This document shows positions 20,655 through 20,903 of a stretch of DNA of 20,903 nucleotides, piece by piece. Within the stretch, counting starts at the first letter, position 1. Each line of letters opens with the position of its first letter. The position numbers and the translations under genes were made by a program. The notes under the pieces are model-generated. The model was not told where the DNA came from. It was given only the letters and a program-made list of their open reading frames with translations, and did no database searches. The stretch comes from Candidatus Electronema aureum (GTDB lineage: Bacteria; Desulfobacterota; Desulfobulbia; Desulfobulbales; Desulfobulbaceae): the NCBI GenBank assembly GCA_004284765.1, contig NQJD01000042.1:1-20903 (forward strand). Reading direction: 5' to 3'.

Positions 20655-20903
20655 ACCCAAGTTGTGACCTATAACTCTTGAAAAATCCATGCTTCCCCGC
20701 GTATGGTATACTTCTGCTGTCTGGCACGAATATAACCGCACACGGAGGAGAGCATGGAACTCAAGATTACAACATTTTACTGTTTATGCGATGATTTTTT
20801 AATTTCCAAGGGCTGGCGCGATGACCCGCAATGCACGATGAGCACGGCTGAGGTCATGACCGCAGCTTTGACTGCGGCCGCTTTCTTTTCCGGCAGTTAT
20901 GAA
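20655..20903 (+). mobile_element. left part of an IS982-family-like insertion sequence (runs off the window)
   Basis: The transposase ORF starts at 20754. The putative left end ACCCAAGTTGTGACC at ~20655 follows an AT-rich stretch. The end assignment is tentative because no right end is available. Confidence 0.45.
20754..20903 (+). CDS. IS982-family-like transposase, N-terminal fragment (truncated by the window edge)
   Basis: GGAGGAG RBS. MELKITTFYCLCDDFLISKGWRDDPQCTMSTAEVMTAALTAAAFFSG fits the IS982-type N-terminal pattern as I remember it (F.C..DDF....., then S..EV.T.A...A.FF.G). Confidence 0.6.
   Translation, partial: MELKITTFYCLCDDFLISKGWRDDPQCTMSTAEVMTAALTAAAFFSGSYE

Overview
Mostly a housekeeping chromosomal window from a Gram-negative bacterium. 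Gene content and repeat families look Desulfobacterota-like or filamentous-bacterium-like, but I cannot verify the taxon without a search. In order: a small ORF, ilvD (-), a COG0701-type permease (-), tadA (+), tRNA-Ser(GGA) (+), SRP/4.5S RNA (+), a ~3.1 kb accessory insertion, dnaX (+), ybaB (+), trpF-trpC-[Uma2 nuclease]-trpD (-), an AT-rich polytopic membrane protein (-), a large TPR/Pro-rich/AMIN/Amidase_3 cell-wall amidase (-), a 300-bp MITE with an 8-bp target-site duplication, a membrane-anchored hypothetical protein (-), family II inorganic pyrophosphatase (+), and the start of an IS982-like transposase (+). The stand-out is the insertion between ffs and dnaX (about 4953..8087). It carries a two-gene module. 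The first gene (5295..5732) encodes a 145-aa protein with a Gly/Ala-rich N-terminus followed by a helical region. The second (5787..7103) encodes an NB-ARC-type STAND ATPase. The C-terminus of the first protein and the N-terminus of the second share a ~19-aa motif (xQxG[VI]IGxxAxVKxGIHF, 11/19 identical). That is the layout of NLR/amyloid-signalling (Bell/HeLo-like effector plus NLR) cell-death modules. This NLR, however, has no TPR/WD repeat sensor and ends in a short unrecognised domain. A perfect 28-bp palindrome sits between the two genes. Downstream are a block of GC-rich hairpins and a strictly phased 23-bp repeat array (7 units), and a partial inverted copy of that array lies at 498..582. 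A second accessory theme is two Uma2/DUF820 PD-(D/E)xK nuclease genes, each wedged directly upstream of a housekeeping gene (dnaX, trpC). dnaX contains an A10 run with stops close by in both alternative frames, which is a candidate gamma-subunit slippage site.
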